DNA of 64,000 nt from Eledone cirrhosa (GCA_964016885.1 OZ024740.1:396738001-396802000), one strand, 5' to 3'. Positions 1 through 12,972 are shown, numbered from the stretch's first letter. Program-made: numbers and translations. Notes: generated by a model from the letters alone, not told the origin.

Positions 1-275
1 AAACTCTCACTATCACTGAGAGTAGGTCTATTTGCTCAGGACATACTTGTTACCATTCAAACAATTTACTGGGGGACAGTGACGTACCTACTTCTCCACC
101 CTCACATCTCTCTTTCTAAGAGGCCTTTGAAAAAGTTGATGAGAGTTTGACTGGAGAAGAAAGTATAACTTCAGTTCTTTCAGGCACATCCACCTTGTAA
201 GATAGGCACAAGAATACACATTTGTGGAGGGGTATAATTGATTCAGTCGACTTCACTACTTCACATGTAATTTAT

Positions 276-410
276 TTAACCCTTTCATTATAGTACTTCT
301 AACAAAATTACACTACCTGTATGTTCCAATTGATTCTGAAAATAACCAAAAATTTGGAAGAATTTAATAAAATAATCAAGTTTTTATTAGCAAGTTGATA
401 TTTAGAACAT
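276..410 (+). mobile_element. Truncated TTAA-flanked MITE (piggyBac-type termini), family A
   Basis: Begins TTAACCCTTT. The internal sequence (ttctgaaaataaccaaaaatttgg...aagttgatatttagaacat) matches copies at 18930-19158, 27412-27660, 31225-31451 and 31983-32208. Confidence 0.55.
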
Positions 411-1080
411 TCTTTTTCTTATTATTTGCCCACATATTCCTGGGAGTGTTGTGTGGGCAGAGTTATTAAGCATGCCTTCCTGCAGCCTTCTCTAATTGAT
501 CTGACTGGATGAAGTGAGACTAGCTGAGCTCATGGATATTAGCTAACCATCTTGTTTGGAGTCTACCCCTGGGTCTTCTGCTGGTTGGTATTGCCTCTAA
601 AATCTGTGATTCTTTCCTGAAACATTCTAACCACATGTCTGTAATATCAGAGCTGCGATCTCTCAATTCAGAGAAGTAGCAGCTTTACCTGGAGTGACTC
701 TCAGATCAATTAGTTACACACTCTATTGAGTAACATTATTCCAAAGACCCTTCAGAAGAATCCCATTTCAGCTGCTTGTATTTGCAATCAGATTCTTTCG
801 GTCATTACCCAAGATTCATGACCATAGGTAAAGGTTAGCATGAATACTGAATTGAAGATAACAATTTTAATTTTTACACCTACCCCCCTTCTAATAACTG
901 GCTGCTGAACCTGAAGCATTACTGCCCCTGTTCCCACACTTAACTCAGCCTCCTGCTTTCCATCACTCATAAACACAGCCCCTGAGATACTTAAAGTTCT
1001 TCACCTGCTTCAATGGAACCTCTCATATTTAGAGTGCACTGCATAGGCTTCCTTGATAAGTGTTTCTACTTTTGATATAA
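410..1080 (-). mobile_element. Degenerate RTE-clade LINE 3' fragment (RT C-terminal region)
   Basis: Minus-strand translation LTFTYGHESWVMTERI...IQAAEMGF is the typical RTE post-RT motif, with stops and frameshifts. Same family as 34730-34955. Confidence 0.75.
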
Positions 1081-1219
1081 GGCTAGCAATTTTCTTTTGG
1101 GGGTGGGGAAGTTGATTATATTGATCCTGGAAATATATCAGATAAAATTGAGATCAACAAGATTTGAACACAAAGAGCCGAAATAAATGCTGTTATAATT
1201 TTGTCAACCCACTGACTTT

Positions 1220-1846
1220 ATAACAATAACAACAACAATTTTCTTATTAACTACTAGGGCCAAAAGCACTGAGGACAATGCAATAAATATGAACAGTGGG
1301 GATTTACATATAGACAGAGAAAAAAATACTGGTAACAAATAACAACAAAGTGATAACAACAGAATTTCCAAATAGGGAGGGGGAGCACCACCTAGGAGTT
1401 GTTAAGGAACCCCAAAGATTTGAGATCACCTCAATCACCAAGGACACAATTCTTGCTGTAGTCACCCACCCTTTAACAAATGTACTGGAAGGCAGCACAC
1501 GTCCCTCCCCACTATCACCTTCCTTTCTAAATGGAATATCATGAATGAGGGCTTGGTCAAAGAAGAATGTATCTGTCTTCAGTCTTTTCAGCCTTGACCA
1601 CCACACAACCTCTTTATCCATAGCCACTGGATAGAGGGTATCTGTTTGTCCTTCCTGACCAAAAGAAGGTGGCAGGATTATCTTCATGATGGAGTTGGCT
1701 GGTAGCTGAATCTGTCCTACATGTGACAACTGTTTGACAAAACTCCGCAATTCAGCAATGCATAGACACTGGACAAGTGCATGCAGAATGCTATCACCAC
1801 TCTGTGTGCAAATTGGACAGGCCTGTCTGGCACACTGCAAAATCAT
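1220..1846 (-). mobile_element. Tx1/L1-clade LINE 3' fragment (ORF2 C-terminal CCHC zf-RVT region, 3' UTR and microsatellite tail)
   Basis: ORF 1304..1846 contains CPICTQSGDSILHALVQC (C-x2-C-x8-H-x4-C), followed by KEVVWWSR, which resembles the L1/Tx1 K..IW..R motif. An (AAC/AAT)n run at ~1220-1238 lies at the 3' end. Confidence 0.65.
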
Positions 1847-2264
1847 TTTTGAGATTTAAAAAAAAAAAATTGTTTTTAATTAAATTAAAAAAAAAAATTA
1901 CATTCTTAATTAATTGAACAGTATTTTAAATTTTCTGAAAATGAAGAAGAATAAAAATTTTTAATTCTCCATCTAGTTTTTATGACATAGAAAGTGTGTT
2001 CACACACAATTTGCAGAAATTTCCATTTAGATGCAAAAAAAAAAATGATTTTGTTGTTTACAATATCAATCTTATTTTCTGTTTACTTCATGTGAACAAT
2101 TAAAAAAATGTTGCTACATTTAGTCAAGCATCGAACAACACAATCTCTTATATAGGCATACGTATGAAATATAAGGAACATTTAATATAAGATGTATACT
2201 TATATATAAGCAGTAAATGATAGTCATGAGTATACTAAATAGAAGACTTTGCAGTATTTGTTCC

Positions 2265-2415
2265 AGCTCTCTGCCCTCAGAGTTCAAATCTTGCCAAGTT
2301 CATCTTTGCCTTTCATCCTTTTGAGATCGATAAATAATGTACAAGTTTAAGTTGTGTCGATTCTTACTTCCTCCCTCTCTTTCTTTCCCACTTTCTAATA
2401 CTCTGGAAGAAATTG
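2265..2415 (+). mobile_element. Degenerate tRNA-derived SINE (family with a central ...tttgcctttcatcct...gataaa domain)
   Basis: B-box-like gagttcaaatc followed by the conserved central block shared with 7190-7320, 15225-15372, 33270-33485 and 33698-33885. Confidence 0.6.
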
Positions 2416-2595
2416 TTTTTTTCTGATTAAGAAAGTTAAGGGTTTACAGATGGTATGGATATACTTGTATATAAGTCGCACTGGTAAATAATTCACACTC
2501 CTTTTGTGTTTATAAAATTTTGACTTCAGTCTTTGACCTGTATGTAAGTCACATGAATATTGTTTATAGCTGTTTGTGCTTAATGCATTTATATA

Positions 2596-2624
2596 CTAAT
2601 AGAAGTACCCGGCGTTGCCCGGGT
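2596..2624 (-). mobile_element. Helitron-type 3' terminus (subterminal hairpin plus CTAG-like end); the element body probably extends rightwards
   Basis: Perfect GC-rich stem ACCCGG-6 nt loop-CCGGGT at 2607-2624, 11 nt from a TTAG|T end on the minus strand (canonical CTRR|T). The 5' end was not identified. Confidence 0.6.
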
Positions 2625-3493
2625 TAAAGAAAATGAAATTTCATTCAAAACTTTTTCTAAGATATATTTGAAACTTCTAATATAGCTTTACTTGCTTAAT
2701 TCCATCTTTGGCTTTCAGTGCTCTATTTAATTTCATGTGTGCTGACTCTTCTCTCAAATTTTCACTTCTTTATTTTCTCTATTTCTCCATCATATTCCAT
2801 TGCAGTGAAGATGATAACTCATGATGACCACAGATTGACAAACAGACAAACAAATGAATCAATCATTCATAATTGTCTGTTGACATAATGCTATCTCATT
2901 TCCATTTATGAACCTTGTACACAATAGCTGTAAGTTATCTATAAATCACTGTAAGTTTTCTATTACACACACACACCTGCACATACACACATTTAAAGTT
3001 GAGTCTGAGTGAGTTTCTTAGAGTTTTAATTTAGGATTGGTAATGAGAAACTTCAAATAATTACTGATTTGAATTGAAACTTAAATAAATATTGTTCTAC
3101 TCTATTTAATAGTACTGAGTATATTTTCATTGTTTCTCAATTTACACTATAGTGAACCTATAAAGATAGTACTTAATACAGTGCAGAGAAGATATAGAAA
3201 TACAGTATAATTTCAACAATGTGTTCTCGCTGTTTTGGCTAACTTCCAAGGTCTCCAGTTTACTGGTAATGTAATCAGGATGAGATGTGAGAAGCCTCAT
3301 CATGGGAAATGATTTGTATGTTTATTTATCCCAACAAAGTGTAAATTAGAAAATAATTAAAATTTGATGAAGAGGTTCATTCAAAGCGAAGAAAAAAATC
3401 ATGGTATCAGCCATACATCAATTCAGTTCACAAAATAAGTTTCATGCTTGAAAGAGAATTATAGCAATAGAGAGTATAACAAAATACTAGTGT

Positions 3494-4649
3494 GTATGAA
3501 TGTAACAAGGAGACGATTGGTTTGTGTGTATAATATTTAATTAACAATTTGTGGATATATAGAACAGTATAGTTGACATGTCAATGAATAGATGAAAGAA
3601 TGAAGCAAAGTTATTAGTTACCGTTTTGGTAGCCTGGCAGAAGACGCCTGGCGAAGGAAAGGCAAACTGAGAGATAGGGAGCTTAACGTTATTAGTTTTA
3701 TAGGGTTCTGACCGGAAGTTACAGAAAGGGTTCTACTTCCTGTCTAGAGAGCGTTAATCTATTGGGGATGTGAGTGTCACAAGGGAGGCAACTCCTGCTA
3801 CATTACCCCCCGCCAGATTTTTAACATATAAAAATCGAATGAAATATGTATGTAGTAAGTTGGCGAGAATGTTGTAACAGGCATGAAAATTACGAAAAAA
3901 AATAATGTTTGCAAATATCAATGTTAGATATCAAGGTAGCCAACCGCTCTTGGCCAGAGAACGACTGGACATCTATCTATCCATCGCCCAAAGATACAAT
4001 GTCATCAAAGTAAGAGAAGAGCTCAAAGTTCAAATGTACAAAATATAATTCACAGGTGTGCAATCACATGACAGCAGGAAAGAAAGTGTGTTCCAGAAAA
4101 TGAATGCAGGTGGTTTCTGTTATGTGGTATATCGTGAAATTTCCAAGATCCGAATGGATTTTCTCACAGGAAGAGTGCTGCAAAAATAAATTCTCTGGCT
4201 TGTTCTGCTGGTTTTGGTTGTTGATGAAGCTGTGCTGCTGTTGATGTTGTTGTCTCGCGGAGTGAGCGTATTCGATGTTTAAATTCACAGTAAAAAAAAT
4301 TTTCATAAAAAATGAGTTTCGCAAGTGCGAAAGTATGAATGTAACAAGGAGACGATTAGTTTGTGTGTATAATATTTAATTAACAATTTGTGGATATATA
4401 GAACAGTATAGTTGACATGTCAATGAATAGATGAAAGAATGAAGCAAAGTTATTAGTTACCGTTTTGGTTACATTGCAGAAGACGCCTGGCGAAGGCCAG
4501 GCGCCGGAAAGGCAAAATGAGAGAGCTTAACGTTATTAGTTTTATAGGGTTCTGACTGGAAGTTACAGAAAGGGTTCTACTTCCTGTCTAGAGAGCGTTA
4601 ATCTATTGGGGATGTGAGTGTCACAACAAGGGAGGCAACTCCTGCTACA
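3494..4649 (-). mobile_element. Small non-autonomous LTR retroelement (TRIM-like): two ~310-bp direct repeats around ~530 bp of internal DNA
   Basis: Near-identical direct repeats at 3494-3802 and 4333-4649, both ending ...cctgctaca (TGTAGCAGG on minus). A purine tract GGCGGGGGGTAA (minus) directly abuts the left repeat, as expected for a PPT. No gag/pol is recognisable. Confidence 0.65.
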
Positions 4650-4704
4650 AGAGTAATGGCAAATGAATGGTAAATGTCAACTAAGATTCTCATGCACACA
4701 CACA

Positions 4705-6410
4705 TATCACCACCATCATCATCGTTTTAATGTCCACTTTCCTTGCTAGCAAGGGTTGGATGGGTCCATATAGACCAAGTCAGCATTGAAGCAAAGCCTC
4801 TGATGTCCCAAGCAGGCAGGCTAGGTGTCTGAATCTCACTTATATATGATCTCATGTTTCACTGAGTGATCAGGAGGGGTTGTCATGCCTTTGACATAAC
4901 TGAAGATTCTCTCAACCCTTTGTTTGGCAAGATTTCTAGGGCCGGATGCCCTTTCTATTACTAACTGCTTTACAGCATGTACTGAGTGCATTTATCATGT
5001 AAATAACCAACATTAGGGAGGCTGTCATGTCCTAGACATGAGAGAAAGGTCCTCTCAAACCTTAGTTTGGAAAGCCCTTCATGGCTGAATACCCTTCCTA
5101 TCACCAACCACTTCACAAGGGGGGGGGGCAAGGCAGCAGTTGCGAGGGATGTATGTGTTGGGGAGGTAGGTCAGGTTACATTGAATGCTGCAGTTTGGGT
5201 CTTCTTACACACTGCATAACACCAGCCCTTGCGGCCATTAGCCATTTCTGTTATAATGTTCAGATTTTTAAGGTCAGCCTTCCCAACCTCATTCCATGTC
5301 TTCCTGAGGGTGCCTCTTCCACGTGTCCCATCCAATGGGGTTTCTCTGCATTTCTTTATATAGCTGCTATCTTCCATGCACATCACATGTCCATACCAAC
5401 ACAGTCTTCTCTCTGGCACACTAGATACAATTCCTCTTATGCCAAGTTTTTCCCTTAGTTTGTTTATGCTATGTCACTCATGCACACTAACATTTCACAT
5501 TCATCGGAGCATACTCAACTCATTTCTTTCTAGCTTCCACAGGTCTTCTGCTGTCAAGGTCTATGTTTCTCTGCCATTTAGAATTGCAGTTTGCATTGGT
5601 AATATTTCCCTGAGCTTCTTCCAGCTGTTCCTATCCTAGCTATCACACTTTCAGAGCATCCTCCCTCACTACTAATTTGATTGCCTAGCTAATAAAAGCT
5701 GTCAACAACTAGCAAGCTCTCTTGGCAGCTGAGGGAATATATTTCATGTGTGCTCTTTGTGTTCACTTCCACTGTGCATCTGCTGCATATAAAATCTCTC
5801 TTTAAATCCCACTAAATCTCTTGTGTGATTATAATTTACCTTGTGTGCACCTTATGGGATTTCTGCCCTCACCTTTCTGACATATTGAACAAGGTATCAC
5901 CTTCCTGTCTTCTTCCCTACTTATTAAGACTTTCGTTTTTGCTAAATTTACTTTTAGGCCTTTCAACTCTAGGTTTTTCTTCCATGCTTGAAATTTTGCC
6001 TCTAACCCTCCTACAGATTCAGCTATGCGGACTAGGTCATCAGCATATCAGATTTCCCATGGAATGACAATCTTAAACTCCTCAGTGATGGCCTGAAGTA
6101 CAATGATAAAAAGGAGTGCACTGAGGACTGATCCCTGGTGGAACCCCACCTGCACTTCAAATTCATCACTGTACTCATTGCCAACTCTCACTCTACAGGT
6201 TGCTCCTCTATACATGGCCCTCACAAGCTATTCATCTACACCTAGCTTCCAAAGTGCCCACCAGATTATAGAGCATGGCATCCTGTCAAAGGCTTCCTTT
6301 AGATCTACAAATTCTAGATACAGTGGCTTACGTTTAGCTAAATATCTCTCCTGTAGTTGTCTCAGCAAAAAGAGAGTATCAGTGGTACCCCTATCTGGCA
6401 CATAACACAA
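4705..6410 (-). mobile_element. Decayed, 5'-truncated RTE-clade LINE (RT domain, C-terminus, long 3' UTR, (GAT)n tail)
   Basis: RT motifs GTTDTLFLLRQLQE..FVDLKEAFDR (6228-6410), HQGSVLS (~6115-6140) and YADD (6036-6047); RRLCWYGHV (5171-5419); tail catcatcatc at ~4715. Many stops and frameshifts. Confidence 0.85.
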
Positions 6411-7189
6411 GTAGGAAGTAACTATAGGGTTGTATCAAATATATACAAAGCCATGTAGATTTACACACTCATATATATATATATATGATTTCTGAATGAG
6501 GTCAGCAGAAAAGATGTGTATAATTCAAGGCTGATATTGACAACACAATTGTGTACAAGTTTGAGCTTTTTATGAAAGATTTTTCATACTTCTTTATTTT
6601 TGGTTTGACACAATAGCATTCCTAAATTGATGTATTTATTTACATTTCAAAACCTTTGAATCTCCATTCTCAGAATAAAAGTGTCAGTTTCTGTGCTTTG
6701 CAGTGGTCACAAAGAATCATGGGAAACCATGGATGTCAAATATGGATGGCATATTTAAAAATTATTTAATGGATGAAGCCTGTCAGTTATTATAATTGAT
6801 TCCACATATTCTGTAATGGAAATACAATGTATGAACGAGATATGAACTCCATAAGCCTCATTGTAGGCTATTCATCTTAGATGAATATGAACAGAGGAAA
6901 AGTAAAGGAGACCCTCCATTCCTCTTGTATAGGAAATCTCTTAAGCCAGTGACACAATAAAATACACCCAGTGTATACTATGGTTTGTGATAAGAAGAGC
7001 ATTCAGTCAAAAAGAAAAAAAAAAATGAAATGTACAAACAATAAGTGAACTCTTTCAGGAGAATAAGATTTGATACAGGGAGGTGTATGGGTGTGTGTGA
7101 GTACTCTTTAGTTCCCTCATTTAGGGCAACCTGTCTAGTGATGGTAGCATAATAAAATAAGTCTAGTCCACACTGAAAAATAGTTAATT

Positions 7190-7320
7190 TAGCAGAGTTA
7201 ATAGTGTTTGATATTTGTTCTTAATATTTGTGTCCTGAGTTTAAATCCTGCCAAGGTGCGCTTGACCCTTCATCCTTTCAAGATCGACTAATAAAGTACC
7301 AGTCCAGTATTAGTGCTGCC
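7190..7320 (+). mobile_element. Degenerate tRNA-derived SINE
   Basis: gagtttaaatcctgccaagg...ccttcatcctttc..gatcga..ataaagtaccag, same family as 15225-15372. Confidence 0.55.
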
Positions 7321-8049
7321 CTCTCTCCTTCCAGCAGCCACATCTTATATGTTTCATTGAATCAAGGGAGAGAATGCTGAGGGGACTCTGTGTCTGTTCA
7401 CAACAACACAGGCACCTAAAACCTTTAACAAAAGCACAGTTCATACTACCAAGTCATACATGATTATGAGTGATCGTTATAGTTTTATTCTTTTTAAAAA
7501 TCTACACCGTAGGGCACATATAACAACAAAGCTGGTTTTCTCTGTTGCTGCATGTGTTAGATGATGCAGACTGCAACAAGTAACATGATGCTGTGAGACC
7601 TGTCCATCTAATGACGGCATGAAAAACCAAACATAAATGTTATTGTTTTCCACTCATAGTGAAGTAAAGGCAAATTTGTGTTTATTTTTTTTTCTACATT
7701 TTAGCTTGTTGATACTTTATACTTTAATTTATGATTGATAAGTCTAATTCTTCTAAGGAATTGTTTGTTTGAATATGTTGTATTCAAACATGTTGTCTTA
7801 ATCATCCGAGTTCATAGATTGATTTTGTTTTCATCTTGACATGTTTATAAAGTTTTTCCTCTCCCTTGGTCTTTAGTATTGATTGTGTCTTTATCAATTA
7901 GGTTGTACTTTTGATGAATTTAAATTCTTTTAAGGAGGTTAATCCATAACCTAGTTTAACATCACCACCTGGCCATTGTATGCATTAGGTGAAGTCCACT
8001 CTGTTGCAAACAATTGTGCTAGGTTGACTAAGTAATAAATGAAAATAAA

Positions 8050-8660
8050 TTTATAAAGACAGTCTCAAACACAGATAACATGAAACCCACTGCAATCCCA
8101 ACTCACCAGACACATCTTCAACCAACTATAAGCCTAGCTCCACAACAACATACGTAAAATAACATCTACCAAATCAAAGATCTCATTTTTTAACATAAGC
8201 TACAACCAGCCATCATACTCAAAAGCATAAACATATACACACTCAGAGGGAAGACAAAAATGTTAGTAGTTATATACAACTTCCCATAACATTTACAACT
8301 CACACAGCAGACATAATAAAGAAAGCAAAAGCATACTTAGAGCAATCAATCACAAGTGCTACATTGGACCAGCAGAAAGAAATATCAACAATCGTGTCTC
8401 TAAACAATATATTAAGTCTATCATGTAAAAAGCCAGTTGTGTCTGATCTCCTAATACCAACATACCCGACCCTTTGCCAATAAACTAAAAAAGAGAATGA
8501 ATGAAAAACAATGAAAGAAAGATATAAAAAATGAAAGAACTCTTGAACATAACAGAAGCATGGCTTGTTGCATGTTTCAACTTCCACATAAAAAGCACCT
8601 TGAACCCCCCAGATATACATACTACTACAACAGATATAACACTATTACAACAACACCCTT
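8050..8660 (+). mobile_element. Highly decayed I-group/Jockey-like LINE RT C-terminal fragment
   Basis: A/C-rich strand. Broken translation around 8360-8425 resembles the WGQQKETL..YKQ.I.S motif of I-group ORF2. Heavily frameshifted. Confidence 0.4.
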
Positions 8661-8669
8661 AAAGCACAA

Positions 8670-8770
8670 CTCATATCTATAGCTGAGTAAACTGGAGCAA
8701 TGTGAAATAAAGTGTATTGCTCAAGGACACAATACATCACCCGGTCTGAGAATCAAACTCACAACCTCAC
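8670..8770 (-). mobile_element. Fragment of the tRNA/CORE-type SINE head
   Basis: agctgagtaaactggagcaatgtgaaataaagtg..ttgctcaagga is nearly identical to 18372-18455. Confidence 0.75.
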
Positions 8771-9954
8771 CAATATATCTGGCCGATACACAAGTTGTTT
8801 CCTCACCTTGCTTTACTCACCCTACTATAGAGAGGCCTCTGCTCCTTAGAGCAGACCCACCCATGCACATATCTCTTTTCCTTATGTCACCCATATTGTG
8901 TCACTGCACTGATTACTATATCCAATCCTTCTTCCTCAGAATGACATCCTTTTGGAATTGCTTTTTCTGCCAATATTTTATAGTTGTCCACAAAGAACAT
9001 CAACTCGATCAATATCACTTGTCTTGGAGGGCATGCAAAAGCTATGAGCGCAGAGCAAACCATTAACTCCCCCTCCCAAAACACAAAAAAAAAACAACAA
9101 CCAGCCAAAAAAATCAACAAAAACAGCCTTATAGAAACTCTTCCTATTTGGCTAGATATAGTTGTTATAGTTAGGTATGTGAATGAAATATAGCTTGGCT
9201 AGGAATGTCATTTTGATATAGTTGATGTAACATAGTTAAGATAATCATATAAACATACAACTGAAAGAAATCCTTTGTTCAGGAATTACACATGTATGCA
9301 CAAATTATGCCCATGTATACACAACTCACACACACAGATATACACTCTCATATGTATTCCTCATTTAAATAATGCTCATCAAATACATAACATGCTACTG
9401 TACAAAGAACTTATAGAGAACATGGAGCATACACACGCACACAAACACATGCACTTTTAAACATAACACATACACAGAGTAATATGCAAATGTATGCAGA
9501 CCTATACAAATACACCAATGTTATACAAACATAAACAATATTGTCAATAGAATGGGACAGTTATTGAGAAATGGCATCTGGAAGGAAGAGAAACTGGTAA
9601 ACTGCATGTTTTATCGAGTTTGATAACATTATACTGCAATAATTTTCAGGAATTATAAAAGACTGGAAGCATACAAAAAAAAGTAATTACTTCTTTCAAT
9701 AGAATGTTTCTTTGTCAAAATATATTTCAATAAATGTGCTTCCATGTGAATGTGATTTAATATAGGTATAGCTGTGTGGTTAAATGATTGCTTTGCAACT
9801 ACATGGTTTGGGGGTTGGTCCCACAGTGTGGTAATTTGGGTAAGTGTATTATACAATAGCCTTGGGGCGATGAATATCTTATGAGAGAAATTTGGTAGAG
9901 TGAAACTGTGTAGAAATGTGTAATGACAAAGGTCTCTGCTTTGAATGTACACAT

Positions 9955-10590
9955 TTCCAGTTCAAATTCAAGCACTGTCTTTTTTGCCACCTGCTTGAGA
10001 TAGTTAGATGATCTATTGCACATTTCTTTTTTTATTAACCCCTGATCTATGTAGTCTGTATTCCCATTCAGCATCATGATGTTTTTTCCTGGCAAATCGG
10101 ACTGCTGCAGTCTCCCAAATTGCACTTTGGGATGTTTTTTTGTGTTTACGTGGTACTGATGCTGCACATGATGTCTATATTGAATTCAGGATGTTTTGAA
10201 GTATAGTATTCACATCTCCAGAGTTGTAAAATTCAAGCCAGTCTGGGCGTTGTAGTTTGGTGCAGTAAGGATCTGAGCCTTCTTTATTCCAGTCAAAGTG
10301 AGCAGTTTGGAGATGGTTGTAGTTTTTGTTACTGCCCATAAGAGACAGATTGGCAATGATCATAGCATGATCAGAGTCACAAAAGTTCCTCACTAATAAC
10401 AGTTTCAGGGGTAGTGGTAAAGAGCAGTTACCTCTTGTGGAGGAGGTGACTACTTGGGACCAGTTCGAATCCAGCACTAGATCAAGAAAATCATTTGCAC
10501 TTTGCGGCTAACAAAAGGTTTCCCAATCAATCTCAGGGTAATTGAAGTGTGTCTTGATGGTAATTTGGGGAACGGTAAATAACTCCAAGT
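9955..10590 (-). mobile_element. Decayed internal fragment of the same CR1 family as the full-length element
   Basis: Translation DSDHAMIIANLSLMGSNKNYNHLQTAHFDWNK and NRSSNYLKQVAKKTVLEFE matches ORF2 of the element at ~22620-23345. Confidence 0.9.
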
Positions 10591-11439
10591 AGAAAAACAA
10601 GGCAAAATAGAAATGCAGAAAAGGACATATAGTGGAAGACTACAGGAACTTGTGATGGTGCTTCAGTATGTATGAATCTGTAGGTCATGACAAACTAAAG
10701 AACAAATGTACTTTTCATTGTCTTCACTTCTTTTTTTATTTTTAGAATTTCTTGAAAAAAGAGGAATTAGTCTGTCCATTGAAAAAAAAACAACATATAT
10801 ATTTTGAAAAATATTTATGTTCATACTATGCAAAGAGAAAGTAAGCATGAACAATGCTATAAATATTTTATTTTTTTTATTGGTTTATTTGTAGGACTGT
10901 GACCATACTGAATCATCACTTTCAAAGGTTTTAGTTGATTATATAAACACCAGTACTATTCTATTAATTTTTATTTGCTGAAGACCTACATTACAAGACA
11001 TAAAGAGAGACAATGTAAACAAGACCACCCATTTTTAGAGCAGTATATACATAACCACAGATCAGTTGCAGACATATAAACATATATGGATTTTGGTATA
11101 GACTCCACCTTCCAAATTCAACTTACAAGACATTGCTGAAACTAAGGCCACAGTACAAGAAATCTGTCTAAGATACCACACAGTGAGATCAAACCTGTAA
11201 CCATGCACTTTCAAAACAAATTTCTTAACAACATATATGCTTGTGCCTATACATGTGTGTATGCATGTCTATGTTTCTATATACAAGTGTAAATGAGTTG
11301 CATTCCCCTCCATGAAAGACCTGTACCATAGTGACTATAGGGAAACTATATCTAGTGAAGTGTGTGAAACTAATTTTTATGCCCATAGAAAAAAATATAT
11401 GACACAACGTTAAGTATCTAGAAATACACACACACACAG

Positions 11440-11705
11440 ACATATGTACATGTTCGTGCAATGATAAAACACATCCAGTACACTCTGCACTGGCGGTGTA
11501 AGAAAGGGTATTCAGCCATAGACATATGTACATGCTAGTAGTGTTAGAAAGGGTATCTAGTCATAGGCATATGTACATGTTGGTAGTGTTAGAAAGGGTA
11601 TCTAACCATAAGCATATGTTGGTGCAATGTTGGTGCAATGATAAAACACATCCAGTGCACTCTGTACTGGTGGTGTAAGAAAAGGGCATCCAGCCAGAGA
11701 AAACC
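11440..11705 (+). repeat. SINE/RTE tail fragment with an internal 45-bp tandem triplication
   Basis: Units start at 11491, 11536 and 11581 (tggYrgtgtWagaaagggtat..ag.cata..catatgtacatg). They are flanked by a duplicated gtgcaatgataaaacacatccagt block. Confidence 0.7.
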
Positions 11706-12361
11706 TACCAAGCATAGGATTGAAAGGACATACTTGTGCATTTATAACATTTTATTGACAGCAGTTTCAAAGTTTTGCCAGTGGTGATTTATTAAAATTG
11801 TTGGTTTGAATAAGCCACTGTTGGCAAAACTGCAAAGTCATTGCCAATAAAATCATCTGTGGATTTTGCATAACTAATATTAGGCAAATGTTTTGGTAAC
11901 ATTTTATTTTAAAATCTCTGTATCATGTAAATATAATCAGCTGCTGTGTTTCTCAGTGCATTTTAACTCTTAGTTGTTCTTTTAATTGTGGAAATTCTAT
12001 AATCTTCAAGTTCTAGTTCAGTAATTTTTAATGAAGCCATTTTGTTTGTTCTAAAAATTTAAATGTATTACAGCAGTTAAACTGAAAGAAATATTACGAA
12101 GACTCTAGTTCTTATTATAAGGGGAGCTATAATTTAAAAAAAAAACATTTTATGGCTTAATCAGAGGGGGAAGCATGACGGCAATAGCTATTTCAGGGTT
12201 TTCAGAGACGTGGGGAGGGGGGAAGAAACCATCACTCATAGGTTACTGCAATAGGAACACATCAAGATATTGAATTGTTCTCAGATTAGAGATATGATAT
12301 AGATGCTTGCAACAAAGTGGACTCAAGAGCAAGGCAGTGGTGGTGGTGTTAAACCAGGTGA

Positions 12362-12650
12362 CACATCATCATCGTTTAACGTCCATTTTCCATGCTAGCA
12401 TGGGTAGGGCTGGACCTTTGGGTGAAGAATCAGGTCAGAGGATCATGTTTTGTTCACCCGAGGCTGATTTGGCTTGGTTTCTACAGCTGGATGCCCTTCC
12501 TAACACCAACCACATTTACCGTATGTGCTGGGTACTTTTTGTTGTGCTACCTACATGGCCACTTTACAGAGTGGACTGGGTACTTTTTGTCATGGTTCCC
12601 ACACGATCACAGTACAGTGTGGACTGGGTACTTTTGTCTTGTCACATACA
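12362..12650 (-). mobile_element. SINE/RTE-type 3' tail with ~48-bp internal tandem repeats
   Basis: catcatcatcgtttaacgtccattttccatgctagcatggg terminus; tttctacagctggatgcccttcctaacacc block; three ...ctgggtactttt units. Confidence 0.75.
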
Positions 12651-12972
12651 GTGATTTAAATATATATATTTCATTTTTGCTATTACAATAATGCAATTAA
12701 ACAATATCTGGCTTTAAATTCAAGTCTATATTAACCTCTAAGATGAAATCATATAAATCCAGTGTGCATATCTTTTAAAACATATTAAAGTTAATATAAA
12801 GAATTGTGAGCTCATGCCTGAAGATGCTATAAAATAGCTTATAAAAATAGAGCTAAGACCCTTAAAGACAGAAGAATAATTTATCATTGACCTCTATGTA
12901 TAAAATCTATGTAAAATCTTACAAAAATTATATATAATTTTATCGAATTAGGCAGAGATATATAAAATTCCT

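Noticed and set aside
4064-4324. 86-aa Gln/Asn-rich ORF inside the LTR element as gag or a captured gene
   Set aside because: Non-ATG start, no gag/zinc-knuckle or other motif, and short enough to be chance.
12815-12850. Penelope-type hammerhead ribozyme (CTGAAGA plus a GCTAT/ATAGC stem); also CTGATGA at ~31790
   Set aside because: The required GAAA core after stem II and the closing stems are missing.
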